Shown piece by piece: positions 1 through 8,525 of a stretch of DNA of 26,431 nt. The DNA lies in IMG/VR virus record IMGVR_UViG_3300026279_000196, positions 1-26,431 of that record; one strand, written 5' to 3'. The stretch is from a virus (Duplodnaviria > Caudoviricetes). Position numbers and translations under genes: made by a program. The notes beneath the pieces are model-generated. The model saw nothing but the letters and a program-made list of their open reading frames with translations. It ran no database searches and was not told the DNA's origin. How positions within the stretch are numbered: the first letter of the stretch is position 1; each line of letters starts with the position of its first letter.

Positions 1-792
1 ATGGAAAGAATTAAAGAACATGTTTATCCTTTAAAAACTTCAGATAACTTATGTCTTGCTGGTGGTGTTGCATATAACGGTTATTGTAATGAAATGTTTA
101 CTGAAAAATGGGATAATGTATTTGTTCCACCTGCAATAGGTGATGAAGGCCAAGCTATTGGTACTTATCAACATGCTGAATATACAATAAATAATAAAGT
201 ACATAAGTCTAACGTATATGCTGGCTTATCATATGACCATAAAGGTGGAGAAAAATTAACTTCATACAAAGAGATTGCACAAGCAATTGCCGATGGTATG
301 ATAGTAGGTTGGTTTCAAGGTAAATCAGAAAGTGGTAATAGAGCATTAGGTAATAGAAGTATATTAGCTGATGTAAGAAATCCAGATATTAAAGATATTA
401 TTAATAGTACTATTAAAATGAGAGAAGACTTTAGACCATTTGCACCGGCAGTTTTAGAAGAACATTATAAAGAATATTTTGAAACAAATTTACCTAGTCC
501 TTATATGTCAAGAATATGTAAGGTTAAAGAAGATAAAAAATCAGTAATACCTGGCGTCACACACGTTGATGGTACTGCTAGAATACAAACAGTTAATAAA
601 GAAGATAATAATAAATTCTATGAACTTATAAGAGAGTTTGGAGAAATTACTGGTGTACCTATGTTGCTTAATACAAGTTTTAACTGTCAAGAGCCTATAG
701 TAGAAACACCAGAAAATGCAATGAGAACTTTTAAAAGAACTGCATTAGATATATTAGTTATTAACGATTACATATATAGAAAAAATGATTGA
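1..792 (+). CDS. Carbamoyltransferase, NodU/CmcH/TobZ family (probably 5'-truncated by the window edge)
   Basis: Family motifs LCLAGGVAYN, PPAIGDEGQAIG, GWFQGxxExGxRALGNRSILAD, REDFRPFAP, HVDGTARIQTV, LLNTSFN. It begins partway through the N-terminal Kae1-like domain, so the ATG at 1 is likely internal. Confidence 0.93.
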   Translation: MERIKEHVYPLKTSDNLCLAGGVAYNGYCNEMFTEKWDNVFVPPAIGDEGQAIGTYQHAEYTINNKVHKSNVYAGLSYDHKGGEKLTSYKEIAQAIADGMIVGWFQGKSESGNRALGNRSILADVRNPDIKDIINSTIKMREDFRPFAPAVLEEHYKEYFETNLPSPYMSRICKVKEDKKSVIPGVTHVDGTARIQTVNKEDNNKFYELIREFGEITGVPMLLNTSFNCQEPIVETPENAMRTFKRTALDILVINDYIYRKND

Positions 793-1456
793 TTTAGAAA
801 TATTAAGAAATTTAATGGCAGAAATTAGGGAGAATGACGACCTATTAGATTCGTTAAGTCCTAATCAATTCAACACTAAACTAAAACTTGTTGACGCTGT
901 AAATAAATTAGATTTTTTAAATAAAGATTCAAAAGTAGTTATATTTGGTAGTTGGTACGGTAGTATTTTAATACCGGCATTTTATCATAAAGTAAAACAA
1001 ATAGTTTGTGTTGATACAGACGCACAAGTAATTAGTAGATCAAAGTATAGAATATTTAAAGATTGGAATATAGATTGGATTACAGGTGATGTATTTGAAA
1101 AATATAGAGATCAATATGATGGTGTTGATTTGTTTATTAATACATCTTGCGAACATATGAAACCTATGAGAGAATGGGGACCAGCACCAATAATGAAAAA
1201 TCCTTGGTGGGGAAGAACATCGCCAACACACTTTGCTTTTACATCTAACGACATGTATGATATTGAAGGCCATATTAATTGTGTAGATACAATAGAAGAT
1301 TTTAAAAATCAATTACCTAGTAATGCAACTGTATTATCAGAGGAAAAGGTAACAGATTATAGAGGTACAAGATTTATAATAGTAGGAAAAATGGAAGGCA
1401 CTCCTGATCCGATTATGTCATGGGAAGAGGCGAAACGTGAAAAGAAAAATCTTTAG
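785..1456 (+). CDS. Class I SAM-dependent methyltransferase-like protein
   Basis: Motif I-like VVIFGSWYG, acidic strand-2 end VDTD, then TGDV and INTSCEHM. Overlaps the upstream gene by 8 nt. Confidence 0.72.
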   Translation: MIDLEILRNLMAEIRENDDLLDSLSPNQFNTKLKLVDAVNKLDFLNKDSKVVIFGSWYGSILIPAFYHKVKQIVCVDTDAQVISRSKYRIFKDWNIDWITGDVFEKYRDQYDGVDLFINTSCEHMKPMREWGPAPIMKNPWWGRTSPTHFAFTSNDMYDIEGHINCVDTIEDFKNQLPSNATVLSEEKVTDYRGTRFIIVGKMEGTPDPIMSWEEAKREKKNL

Positions 1457-2321
1457 TTTATACATTAATATTCCAAAAGAAGAATTAGATACGTTTGACG
1501 AGCATATCAAGAAAAAGGATGCCGAGTTTACAAACTATAATACTAAAAACGAATTTGAAAAGAACTACCAACGATTAGTAGATTGTAAAGTAGACTATGC
1601 CAAGAAAATAGGTGTAGATTTTACTATGGTAGAAAATGATACAAAGTGTGCTGGTTTAAATACTAGTTATGTTGATTATTACAAATGGATGAGAGAGTTT
1701 TATCCTGAAATTACAAGCTATAACATAGTTAACTTTTTTAAGATACATTTACTATATGAATTTGCTAAAGACTATGACGAGGTGTTATATCTAGACTTTG
1801 ATGTTGTACCTAATACAGATCAAAACTTTTTTGAAGTATGGGACTTATCAAAAGGTGTATGTGTCTTAAATAATAATGAGAGAGTATCTCCTATTCAAAA
1901 AATAACTGAAAGAACACAAACAATAAGAAGTCCAAACGCCAAATACTACAATGCTCAAGCTATGTTAATAGAAAAAGGATTAAGTCCTGAAAATGATGTT
2001 ATTAATACAGGTATAGTAGGTATTAGTAAAAAGCATTTAGATCAACTAGAATACTTTACTAATTTTAAAGATGAACTTAAATTAATGACAAGTCTTATAG
2101 GAGAATCAGATATATTTCCTAAAAAAATTGCTGACTTCTTTGGTTATGATAATGAAACATTATTTGCTGTTAAGTTAAAAGAAAAAAATGTACCTGTACA
2201 ATGGTTAAATAAGGAATGGCATTATTTTTTTGATAATTATCTTTTTATACCATCAACAGCCAAACTTATACATGCCATTAACAAAAGGTTTGATTTGATT
2301 TGGAGAAAACTGGATGCTTAG
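1437..2321 (+). CDS. GT-A fold glycosyltransferase (nucleotide-diphospho-sugar transferase)
   Basis: VLYLDFDVV (DxD), NTGIVGI, DNETLF, C-terminal IHAINK. GTG start preceded by GGAAGAGG. Confidence 0.78.
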   Translation: MKRKIFSLYINIPKEELDTFDEHIKKKDAEFTNYNTKNEFEKNYQRLVDCKVDYAKKIGVDFTMVENDTKCAGLNTSYVDYYKWMREFYPEITSYNIVNFFKIHLLYEFAKDYDEVLYLDFDVVPNTDQNFFEVWDLSKGVCVLNNNERVSPIQKITERTQTIRSPNAKYYNAQAMLIEKGLSPENDVINTGIVGISKKHLDQLEYFTNFKDELKLMTSLIGESDIFPKKIADFFGYDNETLFAVKLKEKNVPVQWLNKEWHYFFDNYLFIPSTAKLIHAINKRFDLIWRKLDA

Positions 2322-3093
2322 AATATGCACTGTATATTATAAAGGGTTTTATACACCAAACTATGTTAGCAACTTTTATAGGTCTTTAAGAAAGAATAGT
2401 ACTATACCTTTTAGATCAGTATGTATAAGTGACGATCCTAATGTTGAGGCTGACGTTGTACTACCATATAATCATCATAGTGACATTAAAAAACACTGGC
2501 ATAAATTAAAATTTTTTAGTCCTTTATTTGGTGGCCAACAACCAGGTGATGATATAATAATAATGGACATAGATCAAGTTGTCGTAGGTAATGTAGATGA
2601 TCTAATAGGTTTTCCTGTTGGTGATGATGAGTTAGTATCATATGGTACTTGGTGGAATAGTAGAATGCATAGTAATAAACTTAAAGACAATAATATTTTA
2701 CCACTAAACGGAGGATTTTATAAATTTAAATCAGGACAGTTTAAGCATATATGGGATGATTTTGCACTTAATCCTGAATATTGGCAATTGCATTATTACA
2801 ATACAGGTAAGGTACACTTTAAATATTATGGAGAACAAAACTATGTTGATTGGAAAATATTTGAAAAGAAAAGTAAACTCACTTTAACACCACCAGAATG
2901 GTTAGGTAAATATACCGAAGACAATAAAGAAATGATAGGTTTAAACAAACTCTATGCAAAAACATTTGATACTGATTATATGATACTAGATGAACCAGAC
3001 GAAAGAATAAAGATTGTTCACTACACAGGTCCGAGTCGTGCTATACACACTCTAACTCAAAGTCCACTTTATAATATATGGATAAATAGCTAG
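2314..3093 (+). CDS. GT-A fold glycosyltransferase (GT8-like)
   Basis: WHKLKFF, IIMDIDQVV (DxD), NGGFYKF, GEQNYV, IVHYTG. Confidence 0.8.
   Translation: MLRICTVYYKGFYTPNYVSNFYRSLRKNSTIPFRSVCISDDPNVEADVVLPYNHHSDIKKHWHKLKFFSPLFGGQQPGDDIIIMDIDQVVVGNVDDLIGFPVGDDELVSYGTWWNSRMHSNKLKDNNILPLNGGFYKFKSGQFKHIWDDFALNPEYWQLHYYNTGKVHFKYYGEQNYVDWKIFEKKSKLTLTPPEWLGKYTEDNKEMIGLNKLYAKTFDTDYMILDEPDERIKIVHYTGPSRAIHTLTQSPLYNIWINS
3081..3088 (+). promoter_or_regulatory. T4-type late promoter variant GATAAATA
   Basis: 7/8 match to TATAAATA, 6 nt upstream of the ATG at 3095, with no Shine-Dalgarno in between. Confidence 0.6.
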
Positions 3094-3094
3094 T

Positions 3095-4381
3095 ATGAAT
3101 GAAGAACAGAAAAAAGAATTTGAACAAAAGTTAAAGGATAAAAAATTATGGTTTTGTCCTCTACCTTTCACACATATATTTTCTAGTTTAAGTGGTAGAT
3201 ATGCACCTTGTTATGACGCACTAGCAAGAACTGGCCACAATATGGAAGATACATCTATCAAAGAATGGTATACTTCCGATTATCAAAACAGATTAAGAAA
3301 AGAAATGTTAAAAGAGGATTGGGATCCTAAATTTTTTAGACACCATTGTACTGGTTGTTGGAAACAAGAACAAAAGTATGGTCGTTCAGATAGAATGAAA
3401 TATAGTGAACAAATACTAGCAGGTACATTTGATAGTAAAGTACCAGAGTTATTAAGAGCTGTTCAGAAATTTATAGACGAAGGAGATATAAAAGATTTTG
3501 ACGAAAGAATACTAGACATTAAAATGAAAATGTTTGGTAATGCTTGTAATCTAGATTGTTATATGTGTACACCAAGAAGTGCTAACACTAGAACTCTCTC
3601 ACTAAAAAAATTAAAAAAAGTATATGATCCAGATTTAGACCCTAAAGATGGCGAAAGAATGAATACAATGAAGCACGATGATGAACAATATTTAGATGAT
3701 GTTGCCTCTGTAGCAAAGTATACTAGATCAATCAAACTAATTGGTGGCGAACCTTTAGTTATGGTAAATCATTATAAACTATTAGACAAATTAGTAGCAA
3801 CAGGTTATTCAAAAGGTATAGATTTAATATACAAAACAAACTTATCTGTATTTGATATGGACGGATATAACTTTAGAGATTACTTTGATCACTTTAAAGA
3901 ATTTGTTATGAAAATATCTATAGACAGTTATGGTAAATATAATGACTATTTAAGAAAGAAATCAGATTGGACTTCTCTTGTAGATAATATGAAAACTATG
4001 AGAGCTAGAAGAAATGCTAGAGTTAATGTTCACTCTGTAATATCTTTTTTATCTGTATTAGAAAATCATAAACTAATTGCACTATTAAAAGATATGGGTA
4101 TACAACACACGTTTTATATCATTGAACACCCAAGAATATTACAAGTAAAAAATTTACCTAAAGAAATTAAGGAAAAACTAAAACCACTATACAAAGATTA
4201 TCCTAATATTCTAGAGTCATTAAATAAAGAACAAGATGTTGAAGAATTTATTAAAACTATTGAGTACTGTCAAGATTTAGATCAAAATGGTTTTAGTAAA
4301 AAAGAAGGACATGATTTATTTAAAACACATCCAGAGTTAGAGGAACATTATTTAAAAGCTAAGCGTGAAACCAACTACTAA
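3095..4381 (+). CDS. Radical SAM enzyme with N-terminal twitch/SPASM-like Fe-S domain
   Basis: CNLDCYMC (CxxxCxxC), GGEPL, ISIDS. N-terminal cysteines in FCPLPF, YAPCY and CTGC. Confidence 0.9.
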   Translation: MNEEQKKEFEQKLKDKKLWFCPLPFTHIFSSLSGRYAPCYDALARTGHNMEDTSIKEWYTSDYQNRLRKEMLKEDWDPKFFRHHCTGCWKQEQKYGRSDRMKYSEQILAGTFDSKVPELLRAVQKFIDEGDIKDFDERILDIKMKMFGNACNLDCYMCTPRSANTRTLSLKKLKKVYDPDLDPKDGERMNTMKHDDEQYLDDVASVAKYTRSIKLIGGEPLVMVNHYKLLDKLVATGYSKGIDLIYKTNLSVFDMDGYNFRDYFDHFKEFVMKISIDSYGKYNDYLRKKSDWTSLVDNMKTMRARRNARVNVHSVISFLSVLENHKLIALLKDMGIQHTFYIIEHPRILQVKNLPKEIKEKLKPLYKDYPNILESLNKEQDVEEFIKTIEYCQDLDQNGFSKKEGHDLFKTHPELEEHYLKAKRETNY

Positions 4382-4384
4382 ATA
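4378..4384 (+). promoter_or_regulatory. Possible late promoter variant CTAAATA followed by an AGGAG ribosome-binding site
   Basis: CTAAATA overlaps the upstream stop codon, then AAAACAAGGAGTTATT-ATG(4401). Confidence 0.45.
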
Positions 4385-4400
4385 AAAACAAGGAGTTATT

Positions 4401-5156
4401 ATGGAACTAACATACGGCGAACAAACTATTGACTTATTCGGAAAAGAACATTTTCCAGATGGACCACCAGAAAAAGTTGTAGTATCATTATCAGGTGGTT
4501 GTGATTCATCATCACTTACATATTTAATAGGCACAAACTTTCCTAATATAGATATGTACCCTTTTCATACCAAAGATGAAGACTGTCCTATAGACACTGA
4601 ACGTGCTATAGAAGTACATCAATGGTTACAAAACAAATTTCCTAAACTACACGATCTAAAGATATATACAGTATCTACGTCTGATCCAGTTTGGCAAGCA
4701 AAAGCAAAAGAAGCAATGGCCTCACCAAAAGGTAGTGTTGTTGTAAATGGCAAAAAAGTTTCTATGTGGGGAACTTTAAATGGTGCCTCTAAAGCTTTAC
4801 AAAATAGAGACAAGAGATCAAAAATGTCTTTACAGTATGACGCACCTGTTGTCATGGCTATGACTTCTAATCCTCCTGTAGATGTACAGAAAGAAAGAGG
4901 ATTTTATGAAGTAGCAGAAAGAAAAAGAGATCCTGGTGAAAGTAAACTAAAAGTTATGGACACAATAGATAAAGGTGGTCTTACATATCAACCTTATTTA
5001 AGAAACGATAAGAAATTTGTAGCAGGTGTTTTTAAAGAACACAATCTAATGGATAGTTTATATCCTTTAACTAAATCATGTGCTTGGTCCCAAACACTAG
5101 AAAATTGTGGTAAATGTTTTTGGTGTAACGAGAAGGAATGGGCTTTTGAAAATTAA
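4401..5156 (+). CDS. QueC-like PP-loop ATPase (adenine nucleotide alpha-hydrolase)
   Basis: PP-loop SLSGGCDSS and C-terminal Zn motif C-x8-C-x2-C-x2-C (SCAWSQTLENCGKCFWC), as in QueC. The middle region is divergent, so true preQ0 synthase activity is not established. Confidence 0.78.
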   Translation: MELTYGEQTIDLFGKEHFPDGPPEKVVVSLSGGCDSSSLTYLIGTNFPNIDMYPFHTKDEDCPIDTERAIEVHQWLQNKFPKLHDLKIYTVSTSDPVWQAKAKEAMASPKGSVVVNGKKVSMWGTLNGASKALQNRDKRSKMSLQYDAPVVMAMTSNPPVDVQKERGFYEVAERKRDPGESKLKVMDTIDKGGLTYQPYLRNDKKFVAGVFKEHNLMDSLYPLTKSCAWSQTLENCGKCFWCNEKEWAFEN

Positions 5157-5158
5157 TA

Positions 5159-5791
5159 ATGTCTATAGATAAAACTTTATTAGTATTAATACACTTTGAC
5201 GGTAATGGTGATTTACTTAATGACAAAGAACTTAATGATCTTCGTTTTAGTACATTAAAAAAATTATTATTTGAGCATGCTTCAAAAGAACATGGACTAT
5301 TAATAGTATCAGATCCTATACACAATGATAGGAAAGTGACCTACAGATTAAAAAATATGTTACGACAACTTAAAGCTCAACAAAACGAGATTAACTATAC
5401 TGAATGGTTAGAAGTACCAGAAAAAGAAACTGATATTAAATGGATAAAAAAACAGTTTGAAGAAAAAGGTTATAATGTAAAAAACGTTATTTTATGTGGA
5501 ATGAATACTGCTGGTTGTGTACTCGGAACATTGGACTATTCTGCTTTACGTTGGGCTGAACAAGGTCACTATACACAAATATTATTATCTGCTTGTGGTG
5601 ATTACGAAGCTTCAGGTGTAGGACCTGAAAGATACATGAACTCATTTACTAATTTGTATAAAAAAATTAAAGAATCTGGACAAATGGCAATGATTGATCT
5701 TGTAACCGATGTAGATGATTTATTATATATCAGTGATGGAAAACCAATGGTAATTTCTGATAGAGTACCAAAAAGAAGTCACTTAATATAA
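5159..5791 (+). CDS. Isochorismatase/cysteine-hydrolase-like protein
   Basis: N-terminal strand TLLVLIHF, VILCGMNTAGCVLGT matching G-x-x-T-x-x-C-V-x-x-T, then AEQGHYTQILLSACG. Confidence 0.62.
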   Translation: MSIDKTLLVLIHFDGNGDLLNDKELNDLRFSTLKKLLFEHASKEHGLLIVSDPIHNDRKVTYRLKNMLRQLKAQQNEINYTEWLEVPEKETDIKWIKKQFEEKGYNVKNVILCGMNTAGCVLGTLDYSALRWAEQGHYTQILLSACGDYEASGVGPERYMNSFTNLYKKIKESGQMAMIDLVTDVDDLLYISDGKPMVISDRVPKRSHLI

Positions 5792-6375
5792 TGAAAAGAA
5801 TAATAGCATGTAGATTTGGTAATAAGTTTACTCAATGGCATGTTGATAACTTAAAATATATGATAGATTTCCACTCTGGAATATCTTATGATAGTTTTGA
5901 AGTTATTGAAAATGATATTTATGGTAATTGGTATAACAAGTTTCAAATGTATGATAAATTTAGAGACGGAGAAAATTTATACTTTGATTTAGATGTTATT
6001 ATATGGAAAGAGTTACCAGATTTATTCAGAAAAGATTTTACTTTATTAAATGACCTATGGTGGAGAGAAGAAGCTCATACACCACTTAACTCAACTATCG
6101 TTTCATGGACAGGTGATGTATCTCACATATGGGATAAATTTAAGTCTAACGAAAAAATGTACCTAGAAAAATACAATAAAGGTAGTGATGAGTTTTATTA
6201 TAGAGAAATAGATTACAAAAACTATGATAAAGTTTGTCCTTCTATCAAAAATTATATGTATGAAATGCCACCAAAAGAATTTAGTATTTGCACTCTAGGA
6301 CAAATGAACCACCTATTAGAATCAGGTTGGCAAGGTTGGTGGTCAGATTATATTATTCCTCACTATAAAGATTAA
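5791..6375 (+). CDS. Short GT-A fold glycosyltransferase
   Basis: WYNKFQMY, LYFDLDVII (DxD), LNSTIVSW, GSDEF. Same motif order as 2314..3093. Confidence 0.75.
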   Translation: MKRIIACRFGNKFTQWHVDNLKYMIDFHSGISYDSFEVIENDIYGNWYNKFQMYDKFRDGENLYFDLDVIIWKELPDLFRKDFTLLNDLWWREEAHTPLNSTIVSWTGDVSHIWDKFKSNEKMYLEKYNKGSDEFYYREIDYKNYDKVCPSIKNYMYEMPPKEFSICTLGQMNHLLESGWQGWWSDYIIPHYKD

Positions 6376-6874
6376 GAGCACTCGTTAACAATTCAATTCT
6401 AGTTTTACATTTTCTTAATGCTTTTTTACCAGCAAGATTTTTAGAATTTTTTATCTTATCTATTTCAAATAAGGCTATCTTTAAAGCAAACATTTCATCT
6501 TCGGTTGCTTCTTCGGGATTAAATATAAAATCAAGAACTCTAGTTGGAGAAGTATTGTCTGTTTGTACAAGACCGTCTCTTTTAGCAATTTCTAAAGCAA
6601 ACTTTTCAAATTCTTTTCTTTCTTCTTCTACTTTACGAAAAGTACTCTCATGTATTTTGTCTATACTGGTAACTTTCATTAATGCTTGAAAGTATGGATG
6701 ATTTTCATCAAGCTCAATATGAGTTGATGTAAGAGTTTCGCCTTGTTCATTAGTTATTACTTCAATCCAATTTCTATTACTATTTGTAAATCTGGCGTCA
6801 ACAAAATGCTTTAACATTTCATCGCCAAATCCTACTTGTTTATGTTGTACTCCCATTTTAACTTCAATTGACAT
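6353..6874 (-). CDS. Hypothetical phage protein
   Basis: 173-aa ORF with AAGGA RBS, overlapping the epimerase stop. Its 3' end overlaps the convergent GT gene by 23 nt. Confidence 0.75.
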   Translation of the reverse strand: MSIEVKMGVQHKQVGFGDEMLKHFVDARFTNSNRNWIEVITNEQGETLTSTHIELDENHPYFQALMKVTSIDKIHESTFRKVEEERKEFEKFALEIAKRDGLVQTDNTSPTRVLDFIFNPEEATEDEMFALKIALFEIDKIKNSKNLAGKKALRKCKTRIELLTSALNLYSEE

Positions 6875-7595
6875 TTTTATTTTCCTTTATATAGTTGTAT
6901 AGATCAACTTTCGTTGACCAATTTAATTTTTTTAAAATTGTGGTATCTGCTGTGTTGTCTTCTCTTTCAAACTCATTCCCTATCCGTTTTTCACAGTCAA
7001 TTCCAAAGTAAGTCATTATTTCCATTAGATCATAAGATTTTCCTATACCTATGTCTGTCACACCTGTAAAATCACTTTTCATTAGAGTATCAATACCAGA
7101 TATTATATCATCTATATGTATAAAATCTCTTGTGTGATTAGTATGTACAAATGGTACATCGTTTCTTAATATTCTTGGTATCAACATATGTTCCCTTGCA
7201 CCTGGTCCGTATACAGTAGTAAATCTCATACCGATACTGTTTTCTGGTGCTATACGTTCTAAAGAACATTTACTCATAGCATAAGGATTTCTCCAAGGCT
7301 CTATGGCCGTTGAAGAACTTGCATATAGTATTCTTGTGGTTGGAAAATAATCAAATAGTCTTTGACCTGCAATTACATTTTCTTTCCAGTATTCTGTAGG
7401 TCTATCTAAACTATCTCTGACACCTGATAAGCCAGCTAGATGTATAATTAAATCTACATCATATTTAAGGTCGCAATTTAATAAATCGTTACCTGATAAT
7501 TTATCTATTGGTATTACTTTGTGATTGTTTTTTTGTAAGAATTTGTGGAGATGTTTTCCTATAAATCCTTCACTGCCTGTTAATAATATATTCAT
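6864..7595 (-). CDS. NAD-dependent nucleotide-sugar epimerase/dehydratase (extended SDR)
   Basis: ILLTGSEGFIG (GxxGxxG), IIHLAG, YASSS, YAMSK (YxxxK), VYGPG, RDFIHIDD. Confidence 0.92.
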   Translation of the reverse strand: MNILLTGSEGFIGKHLHKFLQKNNHKVIPIDKLSGNDLLNCDLKYDVDLIIHLAGLSGVRDSLDRPTEYWKENVIAGQRLFDYFPTTRILYASSSTAIEPWRNPYAMSKCSLERIAPENSIGMRFTTVYGPGAREHMLIPRILRNDVPFVHTNHTRDFIHIDDIISGIDTLMKSDFTGVTDIGIGKSYDLMEIMTYFGIDCEKRIGNEFEREDNTADTTILKKLNWSTKVDLYNYIKENKNVN

Positions 7596-7600
7596 AATGT

Positions 7601-7608
7601 TATTTATG
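7601..7608 (-). promoter_or_regulatory. T4-type late promoter variant CATAAATA
   Basis: Intergenic, 5 nt upstream of the epimerase ATG (7595). Confidence 0.6.
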
Positions 7609-7631
7609 TCACCGTTAAGTGACTAGTTTTT
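7608..7631 (+). terminator. Weak hairpin plus T-tract, possible terminator
   Basis: GTCAC-cgttaa-GTGAC followed by TAGTTTTT on the + strand. The stem is only 5 bp. Confidence 0.25.
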
Positions 7632-8166
7632 AAACGCCAGCGGCGTGTATAGTTTTTAATGTACTACCTGAACTATTTTTAATTAATAGTGTAGATAATG
7701 ATTTCATTTCAGTTGAACTAATTGCGTCATTAGCCATCATACTTTCTGTAACTAAATCAATTGATCCAGTTGTTATAATTTCTCCAGCTGCACTTGGAAA
7801 AGTAATTGTTTGTCCGTTTAACGTACCACTAACTGTTAAGTTAGTCACTGTCACGTTTGTTGGAAAAGCAAGTGTCACTGTATCTGGACTTGAAACTGTA
7901 GCAGTAATTTGATTACTTGTACCTAAAAAAGATACAGTATTACCTGGAGCAATTAACTGAATAGTTGAGCTTGCGTCTCTAATATAGTGACCTTGTCCAG
8001 TACCTATTTGAGAAGATAACTCTACTACAGCACCAACAACAGACGTTGCTGATATTCCTGCACTAGCTAATAGAGCTGCGTCACCAAAATCATTTAGAGC
8101 TAAGTCGTTAAACGTTGTTCTAAATGTTTCTAGTGTATCTGTTCCATTTATTTTTTTTACTGCCAT
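7630..8166 (-). CDS. Short fibre-like virion structural protein
   Basis: Ser/Thr/Gly-rich with N-terminal DTLETFRTTFN helix. C-terminal tag shared with 16113..17039. Confidence 0.65.
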   Translation of the reverse strand: MAVKKINGTDTLETFRTTFNDLALNDFGDAALLASAGISATSVVGAVVELSSQIGTGQGHYIRDASSTIQLIAPGNTVSFLGTSNQITATVSSPDTVTLAFPTNVTVTNLTVSGTLNGQTITFPSAAGEIITTGSIDLVTESMMANDAISSTEMKSLSTLLIKNSSGSTLKTIHAAGV

Positions 8167-8172
8167 TTTATT

Positions 8173-8295
8173 CTACTTTTTCTTTTTAAACATGCCCATA
8201 ACTTTAGAAGGTGCTTTTTTAACACTTTCAGGTACCTTTAATTTAGGTAACGTAATTTTTGGCATTTTCATTTTCGCTTTTAGTTTTTTTAACAT
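8173..8295 (-). CDS. 40-aa Lys-rich peptide (not in ORF track): MLKKLKAKMKMPKITLPKLKVPESVKKAPSKVMGMFKKKK
   Basis: Translated by hand. Fills the gap between 8297..8521 and 7630..8166 almost exactly (1-nt and 6-nt spacers), with AAGGA RBS just upstream of the ATG. Confidence 0.7.
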   Translation of the reverse strand: MLKKLKAKMKMPKITLPKLKVPESVKKAPSKVMGMFKKKK

Positions 8296-8296
8296 A

Positions 8297-8521
8297 TTAT
8301 CCTTTTTTATTTTTTAACTCTTTCTTAATATCAAATAATTCTCTTTTTAAAGTATTTATCTCTTTACAAAGACCTCTTATTGTATCACTATTACTTTCTC
8401 TAGCTTTAACTCTTTTCATATAGTTGTTGTATTCTGATCTATTAGTATTAATAATCGCTTTTGTATTAACGTCTCTTACTAAACTTTCAAAACCTTCAAC
8501 TTTTAATGTATTAGTAGCCAT
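8297..8521 (-). CDS. Small coiled-coil protein of the type that follows VrlC-like genes in marine T4-like phages
   Basis: KVEGxxxLVRDxxTxAIIN N-terminus plus a heptad-like C-terminus (INTLKRELFDIKKEL). Confidence 0.75.
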   Translation of the reverse strand: MATNTLKVEGFESLVRDVNTKAIINTNRSEYNNYMKRVKARESNSDTIRGLCKEINTLKRELFDIKKELKNKKG

Positions 8522-8525
8522 AGTA

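Noticed and set aside
3095-5156. Complete 7-deazaguanine DNA modification system
   Set aside because: No FolE, QueD, QueE or DpdA is recognisable in the window and the radical SAM is not QueE-like. It cannot be excluded elsewhere in the genome.
1040-5325. Minus-strand ORFs 1040, 4352, 4619 and 5071
   Set aside because: Antisense to motif-bearing enzyme genes, with no independent support.
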